Shown here piece after piece: positions 41,089-51,450 of a stretch of 64,000 nt of DNA. How positions within the stretch are numbered: the first letter of the stretch is position 1; each line of letters opens with the position of its first letter. Below the pieces are notes generated by a model, which saw only the letters and a program-made list of their open reading frames with translations, searched no databases and was not told the DNA's origin. The stretch comes from an uncultured Eubacteriales bacterium (GTDB lineage: Bacteria; Bacillota; Clostridia; Christensenellales; Christensenellaceae), in the NCBI GenBank assembly GCA_948468985.1, contig CAOKKG010000002.1, positions 7,704 through 71,703 of the forward strand. Reading direction: 5' to 3'. Both the position numbers and the translations under genes were made by a program.

Positions 41089-41392
41089 GATTGCCCGCTT
41101 GCCCTTGCGAAGCCGTATATGGGATGGCATCTCTGCCCCAATGCAATACCGCCGGGCATGCCTGGGTAGTGTGCTGCACTTTGCCCGGCAACCGCCCCAT
41201 GCGCACTTGGCTTGGGGCAACCTACTACGCTTGATTCGATCGATGCGGCGTGGCGCGGCGCTCCTGCTCGGCCATCCAATTTTCTTCGCGCAAATGTTCC
41301 CGGCCGGGATGCCGCCGCTCCGCTATGCAGGATATGCTGCCTACGGCCTTACCTGCCTTTATAGGCATGTGGGGCGCGTTTCCCGCGCCTCC

Positions 41393-42067
41393 TCACAATT
41401 CCCGGATCTCGAACAGCCGCCAGCTCCTCTCCGCCGCCGGGTAGAGCTGCGTCCCGCAATAGGCGCAGACCTTCTGCCCGATCTGCGGAACCGGTGCGCC
41501 GCAATTGGGGCATTCATACACGGCGACGCCCTGTTCCACATCCGCCTCCGCCGCCGCGAGGTAGCGGATCTGCACCTTGGTCTGCACCGTCTGCCCCGCT
41601 ACATCGCATTGGCAGGCCGCCTGATAGGTCACAAAGCACTGCGCACCCGTGTTTTCATACCCGGAGAGCGCCGCCGCGTGCACAAAGGGCGAAGTAATCG
41701 CCATTCCCGCGCGCCGGGCGATTTCCCCCCGCAGGTCGTTCGAAAAGCTTTTCACCCCGGCATCGTCCGCAAACAGTGAGCGCCCGGCCGCACAGCTCTG
41801 CCAGAACAGGAGGGCGTCCTGCTTCGCGCGCCGCTCCATGAGCGCGAGGTCATATTCCGGAAAATCCCGCCGCAGCGCGGGGAGCAGCAGCCGCCCCATC
41901 GAGGACAGCGACTTGGGGCGGGTCTGCGCCTCCTCCTCGCCCGCCTCGATCATGCCGCGCATATACCTCAACCACTGCCGCCCTCGGCGCACTGCGCGCG
42001 CGATCGCGATCCCGCCGCCCAGCAGTACCGCCGCCAATATCACCCAGAGGATCCATTTTTCTCTCAT
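41393..42067 (-). CDS. Membrane-anchored protein with C-terminal zinc ribbon
   Basis: N-terminal TM helix; CPNCGAP...CAYCG. Confidence 0.75.
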   Translation of the reverse strand: MREKWILWVILAAVLLGGGIAIARAVRRGRQWLRYMRGMIEAGEEEAQTRPKSLSSMGRLLLPALRRDFPEYDLALMERRAKQDALLFWQSCAAGRSLFADDAGVKSFSNDLRGEIARRAGMAITSPFVHAAALSGYENTGAQCFVTYQAACQCDVAGQTVQTKVQIRYLAAAEADVEQGVAVYECPNCGAPVPQIGQKVCAYCGTQLYPAAERSWRLFEIREL

Positions 42068-42076
42068 CGCCGTGCC

Positions 42077-43015
42077 TCACCAAAGCGCGCCCAGCGCCAG
42101 CTTCCACACCGGCAGCAGGAGCAGATTCACAATCATCGTGACGGACAGGCACTGCGAGGAAAATTCCACATCCGACCCGTATTCCCCGGCCACGATCGGC
42201 GCGTTATTCATGGCGGGCATCGCAGCCACGGCCACGAACACCTGGCTCATGTCCGCGGGGAGGCCAACCAGCCGCACGATGCCCAGCATGCAAAGCGGGA
42301 TGAGCACCGCGCGCCCCAGCACGACGCACAGCACCTCCCGCCCGATGCGCAGGTTCTTTAGGCCGATCCGATGCAACGAATAGCCGACATACAGGAGAGC
42401 CAGCGGCGTGCACAGGCCGCCGAAGTATTTGCAGGTTTTCTCTAAAAAGAGCGGCAATTGCACGCCCAGCAGCACGAGCACGATGCCTGCACACAGGCCG
42501 AGGAAACCCGGCGAGAGCAGCTTCTTCATCGTCCGCACCGAAAAGAAGGGATGCGCCGCGCCGCTGTCCCGCCCGACAAGGTATACGCCAAGCGTCCAGA
42601 ACAGCACGCTGTTCGACAGGTCGTACAGCAGCACATAGGACGCCGCCGCGTCGCCGAACAGCGCCTGACACACGGGCAGCCCGATGAAGATCGTGTTGGC
42701 GCAGCTCACCATCACGGCGAAGATGCCGCGCCGTCCCTCCCGGATGCGCAGCACGCGCGCGAGCAGGAAGCTCAGCCCCAAAAAGAGGGCGACCGCCAAA
42801 AACACCACGCCGAGCGCCAAGGGCGCCTCTGCAAGCATCGCGCGATCGACATGCGTGAGCAAGTTGCTCACCGCCGACGCGGGCACGCCGAGGTATACGA
42901 TCGTCTTGGATAAAAAGGCCGCGACCTCTGCGTCAATCCATCCCTTGGCTGCGAGGGCGTAGCCGAGCGCCATCACCAAAAACAGCGCCGCAACGATTTG
43001 AAAGCCATCCAGCAT
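42077..43015 (-). CDS. AEC-family (auxin efflux carrier/malate permease-like) transporter
   Basis: NTIFIGLPVCQALFG, TPLALL, AMPAMNN; about 10 TM helices. Confidence 0.9.
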   Translation of the reverse strand: MLDGFQIVAALFLVMALGYALAAKGWIDAEVAAFLSKTIVYLGVPASAVSNLLTHVDRAMLAEAPLALGVVFLAVALFLGLSFLLARVLRIREGRRGIFAVMVSCANTIFIGLPVCQALFGDAAASYVLLYDLSNSVLFWTLGVYLVGRDSGAAHPFFSVRTMKKLLSPGFLGLCAGIVLVLLGVQLPLFLEKTCKYFGGLCTPLALLYVGYSLHRIGLKNLRIGREVLCVVLGRAVLIPLCMLGIVRLVGLPADMSQVFVAVAAMPAMNNAPIVAGEYGSDVEFSSQCLSVTMIVNLLLLPVWKLALGALW

Positions 43016-43027
43016 ATACTTTCCTCC

Positions 43028-43972
43028 TTAGAACAAGACCGTGAACAGCAGCATGAGTAGCGGCATGGTCACAAGACTTAGAAGCGTTGTGATCGCCATC
43101 GTCTCCGCCCCAAAGGCGCTGTCCGAACCATACGCCTCCGCCAGGATCGGCGCGTTGGACATCGCGGGCATCGCCGCTTGGACGATGAACACCTGACTCA
43201 TGTCCGCCGGCGCGCCCAGCGCCGCGCAGGCCGCGTATGCGAGCGCCGGCCCCACGAGGATGCGTCCCAAGAGCACGCCCCAGGTGTCCTTTTCAAAATG
43301 CAGGTTTCGAAGTCCCGTCTTCCACAAAATATACCCGATGAACAACAGCGCCATCGGCGTGCAGGTCGCGGCGAGGTACCCGCAGGCCTTGGTCAAAAAC
43401 AGCGGCAGCCGCACGCCCAGCAGCACGAGCGCGAGCGAGACCGCAAAGCTCACGATGCCGGGCGAGAGCACCTTTTTGAGCGCGCCTAGGATCGAAAATT
43501 TCCCTCCCGCCTGCGCCGGGTTGTCCTTTTGCACAAAATAGATGCCGATCGTCCACACGAGCGTCGTGTTGCCCATATAGTAGAATAGCGCGTAGGGAAT
43601 GGATGCATCGCCAAACAGCGCCTGACACACGGGAAGCCCGATGAAGATCGTGTTGGAAAAGGCAAACATCAAATAGAAGATGCCGCGCCGTCCTTTTTTG
43701 ACGCGCAAAAGCCGCCCCACCGCGACCGCCGCCAGAAAGGCCAGGAGGTTGCTCGCAAAAGGCGCCAGGATGCCCATGCCCGCATTTTGGAGCATATCCG
43801 CGCGAAAACTGGTGAACATATTGTTGACGGTGGAGGCGGGCACGCCGATCCACAGCACGAGCTTGGACAGGAGCTTGGACGCCTTTTCGTTCAAGATCCC
43901 CCGCGCCGCCAAAAAATACCCCGCCGCCATCAGCAAAAGAAGTGTCAGGACGATCTGCACTGCATTTCCCAT
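43028..43972 (-). CDS. AEC-family transporter (tandem paralog)
   Basis: SNTIFIGLPVCQALFG, TPMALL, AMPAMSN. Confidence 0.9.
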   Translation of the reverse strand: MGNAVQIVLTLLLLMAAGYFLAARGILNEKASKLLSKLVLWIGVPASTVNNMFTSFRADMLQNAGMGILAPFASNLLAFLAAVAVGRLLRVKKGRRGIFYLMFAFSNTIFIGLPVCQALFGDASIPYALFYYMGNTTLVWTIGIYFVQKDNPAQAGGKFSILGALKKVLSPGIVSFAVSLALVLLGVRLPLFLTKACGYLAATCTPMALLFIGYILWKTGLRNLHFEKDTWGVLLGRILVGPALAYAACAALGAPADMSQVFIVQAAMPAMSNAPILAEAYGSDSAFGAETMAITTLLSLVTMPLLMLLFTVLF

Positions 43973-44157
43973 GAGATTTCCTCGTTTCGTAGTTCTTTCT
44001 TTCCAGTATAGCATAGGCGGGGCGGAATTTACAGTTTTTTTGCAAATTTATGCAGGTGAGTTTGCCGAAAATTGCAAAAAGCGGCAAACATTTCCCCTCA
44101 TACTTTTGCCCGCCGCGGCGCAGGCTATCCATAGAGCGCATCCAAGGAGGTTTTTTT

Positions 44158-44337
44158 ATGAAGCAACAAGTTGTACGCTGTCAAATCGAAAGCTGCCGCC
44201 ACAACTCGCCCGATCACTATTGTCAGCTTACAAGCATCCGCGTCGCGCCGTGTGCGCCCCGCCAATGCGGCAATGTCGCCAACAAGCGGGAAAGCATGTG
44301 CGCGAGCTTTGAAAAGAAGGAGGTGTCGTTTTTTTGA
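44158..44337 (+). CDS. DUF1540-family small Cys-rich protein
   Basis: AAGGAGG RBS; C-x4-C-x-HN-x4-YC...C-x-SF. Confidence 0.8.
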   Translation: MKQQVVRCQIESCRHNSPDHYCQLTSIRVAPCAPRQCGNVANKRESMCASFEKKEVSFF

Positions 44338-44687
44338 TCGAACAGATACGCTGCGATTCCCTGTCCTGCGTGCATAACCGGGACGGCCACTGCCAAAGCG
44401 GGGCCGTCGACATGCAGTTCTATGCCGGGCCGGGCTACGGCGATGTGTACTGTAATTCCTACGCCAAGCGGGATTCCCTGCGCAGCCGGGCGGAGGATGC
44501 CCTGCCCGCTGGTCCGGCGATGCTGGATGCTACCGAGCAGAACACGCCGCGCCCGGGCGGGGAGATCTGCTGTCAGGCTGGAGAGTGCGCCTTTAACCGC
44601 GCGTCTTGCTGCCAGGCGGCGCAGGTCTTTGTGTCTGAGCCCGAGCACCACGGGACGCTGTCGCTATGCAAGACCTATCTGAAATAG
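44334..44687 (+). CDS. DUF1540-family protein, two domains
   Basis: TTG start overlapping the previous stop; two C-x4-C-x2-N-x4-C...C repeats. Confidence 0.78.
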   Translation: MIEQIRCDSLSCVHNRDGHCQSGAVDMQFYAGPGYGDVYCNSYAKRDSLRSRAEDALPAGPAMLDATEQNTPRPGGEICCQAGECAFNRASCCQAAQVFVSEPEHHGTLSLCKTYLK

Positions 44688-44690
44688 CGC

Positions 44691-44718
44691 AAAAAAACCG
44701 GCAATCGCCGGTTTTTTT
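44691..44718. terminator. Bidirectional terminator
   Basis: AAAAAAACCGGC-AATC-GCCGGTTTTTTT. Confidence 0.9.
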
Positions 44719-44747
44719 GTAGACTCGTGATTCTCGTTTGTTTGCGC

Positions 44748-46526
44748 TTACGCCTCCAGCGCCTCGAATTGCCGGAGGGCGTCCGCGAATTCCTGCATGC
44801 ACAGCCGCACGGCCTCGGATACATCGATACCCGCCTTTTTCAGGATCTCCATCGGGTAATCGCTGCCGCCCGCCTGCAAAAACGCCTTGTATTTTGCCAG
44901 CATGCCGGGTTCGGTCTCCAGCTTGCGCACGATAGCCGATGCGCAGGAGAAGCCCGTCGCATACTTATACACATAGAACGCGGTATAGAAATGCGGGATG
45001 CGCGCCCATTCGTACTGAATCGTCGGGTCATCGCCCATCTCTTTGCCGTAATACAGGCGGTTCAGGTCGAAATACAGCCCGTTTAAGGCCTCGACCGTGA
45101 GCGCCTCTCCGCGCTCTGCCTTGGCGTGCGCCTGCATCTCGAATTCTGCAAACATCGTCTGCCGCAGCACGGTGGTGCGGAACTGATCGATGTAGTGGTT
45201 CAGAACATATTTCTTGAGCGCCGGGTCGCTCACCGTGCGCAGCAGGTGCTTGGTGAGCAGGATCTCGTTGACCGTCGAGGCGACCTCCGCCACAAAGATC
45301 GCATAGCCCGCCTTGGCATAGGGCTGCGCCCCGTCCGAATAGAAGGTGTGCATCGCGTGGCCCAGCTCATGCGCCAGTGTGAACACGCTGTCCAAGTCAG
45401 ACCGGTGGTTCAACAGCACATATGGGTGCGTGCCGTACACGCCCCAGGAATACGCGCCGCTGCGCTTGCCCGGCGTCTCGTACACATCGATCCAGCCGTC
45501 GGCATACGCCCGGCGGAGCATGCCGGTATAGTCCTCGCCGAGCACGCCCAGCGCCTCGAGCACAATGTCCTGCGCCTGTTCATAGGTGTACTGCGCGTCC
45601 ACCTCGGGCACGAGCGGGGCATAGACATCATACATTTCCAGGTTCTTTATGCCGAGCGCCCGGCCGCGCAGGCGGAGGTAGTCATACATCGTGCCCAGGT
45701 TTTCGTGTACGGTGTCGATGAGATCGGTATACACCGCCGGCGGGACATTGTCCGCAAACAGCGCCTTATTTCGCGCGCTCTCATACCCGCGCGCCTTGGC
45801 ATAGAAGATGTCCTTCTTGACCGCGGTGGAATAGGTCGCCGCGATGGTGTTGATATGCCCGGAAAATGCCTCGTAGTATTTGCGGTACACCTTTTCCCGC
45901 AGTGCGCGGTCAGGGCTCTGCATGAGCTCCATATACTTGGCATGCGTGATGGGATACACCCGCCCTTCGTGCTCCACCTCGCCGAATTTCAGGTCAGCGT
46001 TGTCGAGCATGGTGAAAATCTCCTGCGCACCGTCCGAAAAATCGCCCGCCATGGACAGGAGGCGTTCGCTCTTCTCGTCCAGCACATGCGCCTTGGAGCG
46101 CAGCAAATTCTCGAGCATGAAGGAATAGTCCGTTAGTTCCGGCGCGTGGATATAGGCGGAAAGCGTCTGCTCATCGAGCGAGAGCAGCAGCGGGTCCAAG
46201 AACGACAGCGCCCCGGACAGCCGCACCGCGAGGTTCTGCGCCCGCGAGGCCAGCCCCTGATACACGGAGTCCGCACTGTCCTCGTCGCGCCGCATACGCG
46301 CATAGACGAACAGCCGTTCCAGCATCCACGACGCCCGGTCGATTTTTTGGAGGCCGTCCCGCATCGTGTCCACATTGTCTGCGATGTGCTCCTTCAGAGC
46401 GGAAAGCGCAGGAAGCATCGCCTCCACCTCGGCAAATTCCGCCTCCCACGCCTCGTTGTCGGCGAAAATGTCTTCCAGTTTCCACTTGTACTTTGCATCG
46501 ATCTCGCTTCTCTTTTGTGCCTGCAT
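44748..46526 (-). CDS. pepF: Oligoendopeptidase F
   Basis: W-x-LEDIF, GKRSGAYS, TLAHELGHAMH (HExxH), AEVAST-x-NE, WARIPHFY-x2-FYVYKYATG. Confidence 0.96.
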   Translation of the reverse strand: MQAQKRSEIDAKYKWKLEDIFADNEAWEAEFAEVEAMLPALSALKEHIADNVDTMRDGLQKIDRASWMLERLFVYARMRRDEDSADSVYQGLASRAQNLAVRLSGALSFLDPLLLSLDEQTLSAYIHAPELTDYSFMLENLLRSKAHVLDEKSERLLSMAGDFSDGAQEIFTMLDNADLKFGEVEHEGRVYPITHAKYMELMQSPDRALREKVYRKYYEAFSGHINTIAATYSTAVKKDIFYAKARGYESARNKALFADNVPPAVYTDLIDTVHENLGTMYDYLRLRGRALGIKNLEMYDVYAPLVPEVDAQYTYEQAQDIVLEALGVLGEDYTGMLRRAYADGWIDVYETPGKRSGAYSWGVYGTHPYVLLNHRSDLDSVFTLAHELGHAMHTFYSDGAQPYAKAGYAIFVAEVASTVNEILLTKHLLRTVSDPALKKYVLNHYIDQFRTTVLRQTMFAEFEMQAHAKAERGEALTVEALNGLYFDLNRLYYGKEMGDDPTIQYEWARIPHFYTAFYVYKYATGFSCASAIVRKLETEPGMLAKYKAFLQAGGSDYPMEILKKAGIDVSEAVRLCMQEFADALRQFEALEA

Positions 46527-46535
46527 ACTTCCTCC

Positions 46536-47138
46536 TTACTGGCCTTCCGGCAGGTCGGAGCGTACTGCCTTATAGGCGCGCAGCCCCTCGTAGTGTTCCT
46601 TTTGCTGAATCGTCATCTGCGCAAACGCTTCGTCCACCGTCCTAGCTACGCTGAACAGTTCCATCGTCGCGGGCTTGCTGAATTTTTCGCGGATCGCATA
46701 CTGCAAAAATGCAAGCAGCGAATTGTAGTACCCATTCGTATTCAAAATCACGATGGGCTTGAAATGCCGTCCCAGCTGCTTGAGCGTAAAAATCTCAAAA
46801 AATTCGTCAAACGTGCCGGGGCCGCCGGGCAACACAAAAAAGGCATCGGACAGATCCTCCATCTTTTGCTTGCGCTCCCGCATCGTGCTCGTAAAGATCG
46901 TCTGCGTACATCCTGAAAACAGCACGCCGTCTGCCTGGAAAAACTCGGGGCTCACACCCACAATCTCTCCCCCGGCGGAGGCGGCGCCGCGCGCCGCCGC
47001 ACCCATCACACCGGTCGCCCCCGCGCCGTAGACCATGCCGATCCCGCGCTGTGCCAGCGTTTTCCCCATCAAAAAGGCGTCGTCCAAATACACCTTGTCA
47101 AGCGTCATGCTGGACGCTCCATATACGCAAATTCGCAT
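46536..47138 (-). CDS. LOG-family nucleotide monophosphate nucleosidase/phosphoribohydrolase
   Basis: ICVYGASS, GVMGA, MRERK, LPGGPGTFDE, N-x2-GYY. Confidence 0.9.
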   Translation of the reverse strand: MRICVYGASSMTLDKVYLDDAFLMGKTLAQRGIGMVYGAGATGVMGAAARGAASAGGEIVGVSPEFFQADGVLFSGCTQTIFTSTMRERKQKMEDLSDAFFVLPGGPGTFDEFFEIFTLKQLGRHFKPIVILNTNGYYNSLLAFLQYAIREKFSKPATMELFSVARTVDEAFAQMTIQQKEHYEGLRAYKAVRSDLPEGQ

Positions 47139-47338
47139 GCGAATCTCCTCCCTTTTAAGAAAATCTTACCTCCATTATACACGATTGCCATGTATTTTCA
47201 ACAAAGCTACGATTTCCATTCTTCCTCGCTTTCATGCGCACGCTTCAATGTATTCCTATTGAGTAGCTCCTATGCCGCCCAGCGCTATTTTCCCCCACTG
47301 CCGCATATACTATCCACAGCAAACTTGCGAGGTACCCC

Positions 47339-48331
47339 ATGCAAACGCCAACCCTTCTCTATGTTGAATGCGCCGCTCCGGGGCTTTTGCGCCTGGACGG
47401 CGCACCCTTTGCCCAAACGCCCGCAGAGGGTCTCTGCCGCTATGTCGCCCGCACGGCGCTGACGATGGAATTTTTGCCGATGGGCAATCCGCCGGGCGGC
47501 GTTTTCCTGCCGTTCGCGCGGCAGATCGACCTCTCCGCCGACGCTCCGCGTATCTTTGAAAACGACGGCGCTGCGGAGCTGTTCGTGCTGCCCGCGGAAG
47601 CGTTCGCGCTGCGGCTACATCCGCCGGCGCTGCCCCGCCCCCAGCTGCCCCGCACGCTCACGCAGCTGCGCTTTTCGCCCGGCAGCGGCACCGTGACGGC
47701 AGAGATCTGCGCCGATGCGGACACGGATCTGCTGCTCTCGGACGCTGCGGGCAATGTGCTGTTCGCCTGCTCACTCTGCGCGGGTGAGCTCAAAGAACCC
47801 CGCCTGTTTACCCGCCGCATGGAGGGGCGCGTGCTGCTCTTCGCCGAGGGGAAATGCGAAGGGGGCGTGCTGTTCGCCTGCGTCGACCCGGCCTCCCGTC
47901 GCCTGCTGTCCCGCGAGGAATGCCTGTCCTACCGGCTGCTGGACGCGGGGGCGGAATGGGTCTTTCCGCTTGGTGCGCCGGAGGTCACACTGCACTGCCG
48001 GACGGACCGCCTTTCTAGCGGCGGCGCGCCCTCACACCGGGTGCAGACCGCCGCCCCGCTCCCCGCCCGGTCGGCGGGCATCGCGCTGGCCGAGGCCGTC
48101 CGCCTGCGCGACGGGGAGGCAGCCATGTCGCTTCTGGAGCCGTCGCTTCGCGCGCAGCTTTCCTTTTCCGACCTCTGCGAATTTTGGGGTGAGACGGACG
48201 AGGTCTACCTCCCCCTGTGCCGGGACGCGCAGGTCGCGGTCTGCCAGAAAACCGCCCCGCACATGTTTTCGGTGCGGGTGTTCGATTTTGCCTTTGCACA
48301 GGGGAAAATCGCCGATTTGACGGAGCAATAG
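47339..48331 (+). CDS. Hypothetical protein (330 aa)
   Basis: GAGGT RBS; ORF fills the gap between LOG and argS; no motif recognised. Confidence 0.65.
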   Translation: MQTPTLLYVECAAPGLLRLDGAPFAQTPAEGLCRYVARTALTMEFLPMGNPPGGVFLPFARQIDLSADAPRIFENDGAAELFVLPAEAFALRLHPPALPRPQLPRTLTQLRFSPGSGTVTAEICADADTDLLLSDAAGNVLFACSLCAGELKEPRLFTRRMEGRVLLFAEGKCEGGVLFACVDPASRRLLSREECLSYRLLDAGAEWVFPLGAPEVTLHCRTDRLSSGGAPSHRVQTAAPLPARSAGIALAEAVRLRDGEAAMSLLEPSLRAQLSFSDLCEFWGETDEVYLPLCRDAQVAVCQKTAPHMFSVRVFDFAFAQGKIADLTEQ

Positions 48332-48430
48332 GCCGGGAGCTGTTTACATCACCGGGCCGATGTGATATATTAAAAATTAAGAAATTTTTTGAAGACTTCC
48401 CCCGTTTCGCGGGGAATAGGCGGTGAATGC

Positions 48431-50128
48431 ATGAATTATAAAGAACAACTCTCCCTGCTGCTCGCGCAGGCCTCCGGGTTGGATGCGGACAAGCTCGCGT
48501 CCCTTTTGGAAGTGCCGCCGGATATGGACATGGGCGATTTTGCGCTCCCCTGCTTCAAGCTGGCGCGGGAACTGCGCAAAGCGCCGCCTGCCATCGCGCA
48601 GCAGCTCTTGGATTCGCTCGGGGAATTGCCCCCATGGATCGACCGCGCGGAACTCGCGGGCGGCTACCTCAACTTCTTCCTGTCCCGGACGCAGTTTGTC
48701 GGCGCGACGCTTGGCGAAGTGGCGGCCAAGCAGGAACGGTATGGCTCCTCGGACGAGGGCGCCGGGCGCAACATCGTGCTCGATTACTCCTCCATCAACA
48801 TTGCTAAGCCGTTCCACATCGGGCACCTCTCGACGACGGTCATCGGCAGCTCGCTGTACAAGATCTTCAACTTCCTGGGCTTCCATTCCGTGGGCGTCAA
48901 CCACCTGGGCGACTGGGGTACGCAGTTCGGCAAGCTCATCAGCGCCTACAAGCGCTGGGGCGACCGCGACACGGTCGAGCAGGGCAGCATCCGCGCACTC
49001 CTGGCGCTGTATGTCCGCTTCCACGAGGAGGCGGAAAGGGATCCCTCTCTTGAGGAGGAGGGCCGCGCTTGGTTCAAAAAAATCGAGGACGGCGACGAGG
49101 AAGCGCTTTCCCTGTTTTCCTGGTTTAAGGAACTCACGCTGCGCGAGGTGTCCAAGATTTATGACATCCTGGATGTGCATTTCGATTCCTACGCCGGCGA
49201 GAGCTTCTATAACGACAAGATGCAGCCGGTCATCGACGAACTCGAGGCCAAGGGCCTGTTGGAGGACAGCAACGGCGCGAAGGTGGTCAACCTGGACGCT
49301 TACAACATGCCGCCCTGCCTCATTTTGAAATCGGATGGCGCGACGCTATATGCCACGCGCGACCTGGCCGCCGCGTTTTACCGCAAGAAGACCTATGACT
49401 TCTACAAGGACCTGTATGTCGTCGCGTATCAGCAGAACCTGCACTTCCGGCAGCTCTTCAAGGTCATCGAGCTCATGGGATACGATTGGGCCAAGGACAT
49501 GGAGCATGTCGCGTTCGGCATGGTGTCCATGACGGACGGCACCTTGTCCACCCGCAAGGGGCGCGTCATCTTTTTGGAGGATGTCATTCACGCCGCCATC
49601 GACAAGACGCGCGCCATCATCGAGGAAAAGAACCCCTCCCTGCCCGACAAGGACAAGACGGCGCAGGACATCGGCGTGGGCGCGCTTATCTATAGCACGC
49701 TGTCCAACAGCCGCATCAAGGACATTGTCTTTGACCTCGACCGCATTTTGAACTTTGACGGCGAGACCGGGCCGTATGTGCAGTACACGCACGCGCGCGC
49801 ACTGTCTGTGCTGCGCAAGGCAGCGGACCTGCCCCCGGCGGAGCCGGACTATTCCGCGCTCACCTGCCCGCAGGCCTATGCGGTCATCAAGCTGATCGCG
49901 GAATTCCCGGAGGTCATCCGCCGCGCAGCGGAAAAATACGAACCCTTCTTCATCACGCGGCATGTCACCGCGCTGGCGCAGGCGTTCAACAAGTTCTATT
50001 ACGACATCCGCATCCTGGACGAGGACGCGCAGGCCACTGCCGCCCGATTGGAGCTTGTCCGCGCGACCGCGACGGTCATCAAGACCGGACTCGGCCTGTT
50101 AGGTATCCACGCGCCGGATCGGATGTAA
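48431..50128 (+). CDS. argS: Arginyl-tRNA synthetase
   Basis: DYSSINIAKPFHIGHL, NHLGDWGTQFG, KSDGATLYATRD, STRKG, GETGPYVQY-x-HAR. Confidence 0.97.
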   Translation: MNYKEQLSLLLAQASGLDADKLASLLEVPPDMDMGDFALPCFKLARELRKAPPAIAQQLLDSLGELPPWIDRAELAGGYLNFFLSRTQFVGATLGEVAAKQERYGSSDEGAGRNIVLDYSSINIAKPFHIGHLSTTVIGSSLYKIFNFLGFHSVGVNHLGDWGTQFGKLISAYKRWGDRDTVEQGSIRALLALYVRFHEEAERDPSLEEEGRAWFKKIEDGDEEALSLFSWFKELTLREVSKIYDILDVHFDSYAGESFYNDKMQPVIDELEAKGLLEDSNGAKVVNLDAYNMPPCLILKSDGATLYATRDLAAAFYRKKTYDFYKDLYVVAYQQNLHFRQLFKVIELMGYDWAKDMEHVAFGMVSMTDGTLSTRKGRVIFLEDVIHAAIDKTRAIIEEKNPSLPDKDKTAQDIGVGALIYSTLSNSRIKDIVFDLDRILNFDGETGPYVQYTHARALSVLRKAADLPPAEPDYSALTCPQAYAVIKLIAEFPEVIRRAAEKYEPFFITRHVTALAQAFNKFYYDIRILDEDAQATAARLELVRATATVIKTGLGLLGIHAPDRM

Positions 50129-50169
50129 GCGCTTTTTAGACTTTTTTCGATAGAAAGGATGTTTTTTCT

Positions 50170-51441
50170 ATGTTAGATATTCGCCGTATTCGCGAAAACC
50201 CGGAAGAGATTGCCCGCCTTGTTTCGCGGCGCGGGAAGGAATTCCGCTTTGACAACCTGCTCCAGATGGATGCAGAGCGCCGCAGCGCGATTGCAGAGAC
50301 CGAATCGCTCAAGGCCAAGAAGAACGCCGTCTCTAAGCAGATCCCCGTCCTCAAGAAGAAGGGCGAGGACACTTCCGCCCTGTTCGCGGAAATGAAGCAG
50401 GAGAGCGACCGCATCAAGGCGCTGGACGACCGCGTGGCCGAGCTGGACGAGGCGATCCGCACCGAGATGCTCGCCATCCCCAATGTGCCGCACGCCTCCG
50501 TGCCGGACGGATTGTCGGACGCCGACAATGTGGAGGTTCGCCGCTTTCTGGAGCCCACGAAGTTCGATTTCGAGCCCAAGGCGCACTGGGACCTCGGCAC
50601 CGACCTCGACATTTTGGATTTTGAGAAGGCCGCGGCCGTGACGGGCGCGCGTTTCACCTTCTATAAGGGCCTGGGCTCCCGCCTGGAGCGCAGCATCTAT
50701 AACTTCATGCTGGACACGCATACCGCGGACGGCAAGTATGAGGAAGTATTCCCGCCCTACATCGTGCATAAGCGCTCGCTGTACGGCACGGGCCAGTTCC
50801 CGAAGTTCATGGACCAGGAATTCCACCTCGAGGGGACGGATTACTACCTGATCCCGACGGCAGAGGTGCCGGTCACCAACATGTACCGCGAAAGCATCCT
50901 GGACGGCGCAAAGCTGCCGATCTATCACTGCGCCTACAGCGCCTGCTTCCGCAGCGAAGCGGGCAGCGCCGGCCGCGACACCCGCGGGCTCATCCGCCAG
51001 CATCAGTTCAACAAGGTGGAGCTTGTCAAGTTCGTCCGCCCCGAGACCTCGTATGACGAATTGGAAAAGCTCACGAACGATGCCGAAAAGATCTTGCAGC
51101 TTTTGAAGCTGCCGTATCGCGTCGTCGCACTGTCCGCAGGCGACCTCGGCTTCTCGGCCGCCAAGACCTATGACATCGAGGTCTGGATGCCGAGCTATGG
51201 CCGGTATGTGGAGATCTCCTCCTGCTCCAACTTTGAGGACTTCCAGGCGCGCCGCGCCAACATCCGCTACCGCGATGGGGCGAAGGGCAAGACCGACTTC
51301 ATCCACACGCTGAACGGCAGCGGCCTCGCCGTGGGCCGGACAGTCGCCGCAATCATGGAAAATTATCAGCAGGCCGACGGTTCCATCGTCATCCCGGATG
51401 CGCTGCGCGACTATATGCGCGTGGACCGCATCGAGAAATAA
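50170..51441 (+). CDS. serS: Seryl-tRNA synthetase
   Basis: [23 protein letters not shown][18 protein letters not shown], [18 protein letters not shown]. Confidence 0.98.
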   Translation: MLDIRRIRENPEEIARLVSRRGKEFRFDNLLQMDAERRSAIAETESLKAKKNAVSKQIPVLKKKGEDTSALFAEMKQESDRIKALDDRVAELDEAIRTEMLAIPNVPHASVPDGLSDADNVEVRRFLEPTKFDFEPKAHWDLGTDLDILDFEKAAAVTGARFTFYKGLGSRLERSIYNFMLDTHTADGKYEEVFPPYIVHKRSLYGTGQFPKFMDQEFHLEGTDYYLIPTAEVPVTNMYRESILDGAKLPIYHCAYSACFRSEAGSAGRDTRGLIRQHQFNKVELVKFVRPETSYDELEKLTNDAEKILQLLKLPYRVVALSAGDLGFSAAKTYDIEVWMPSYGRYVEISSCSNFEDFQARRANIRYRDGAKGKTDFIHTLNGSGLAVGRTVAAIMENYQQADGSIVIPDALRDYMRVDRIEK

Positions 51442-51450
51442 GGGGCGGCC

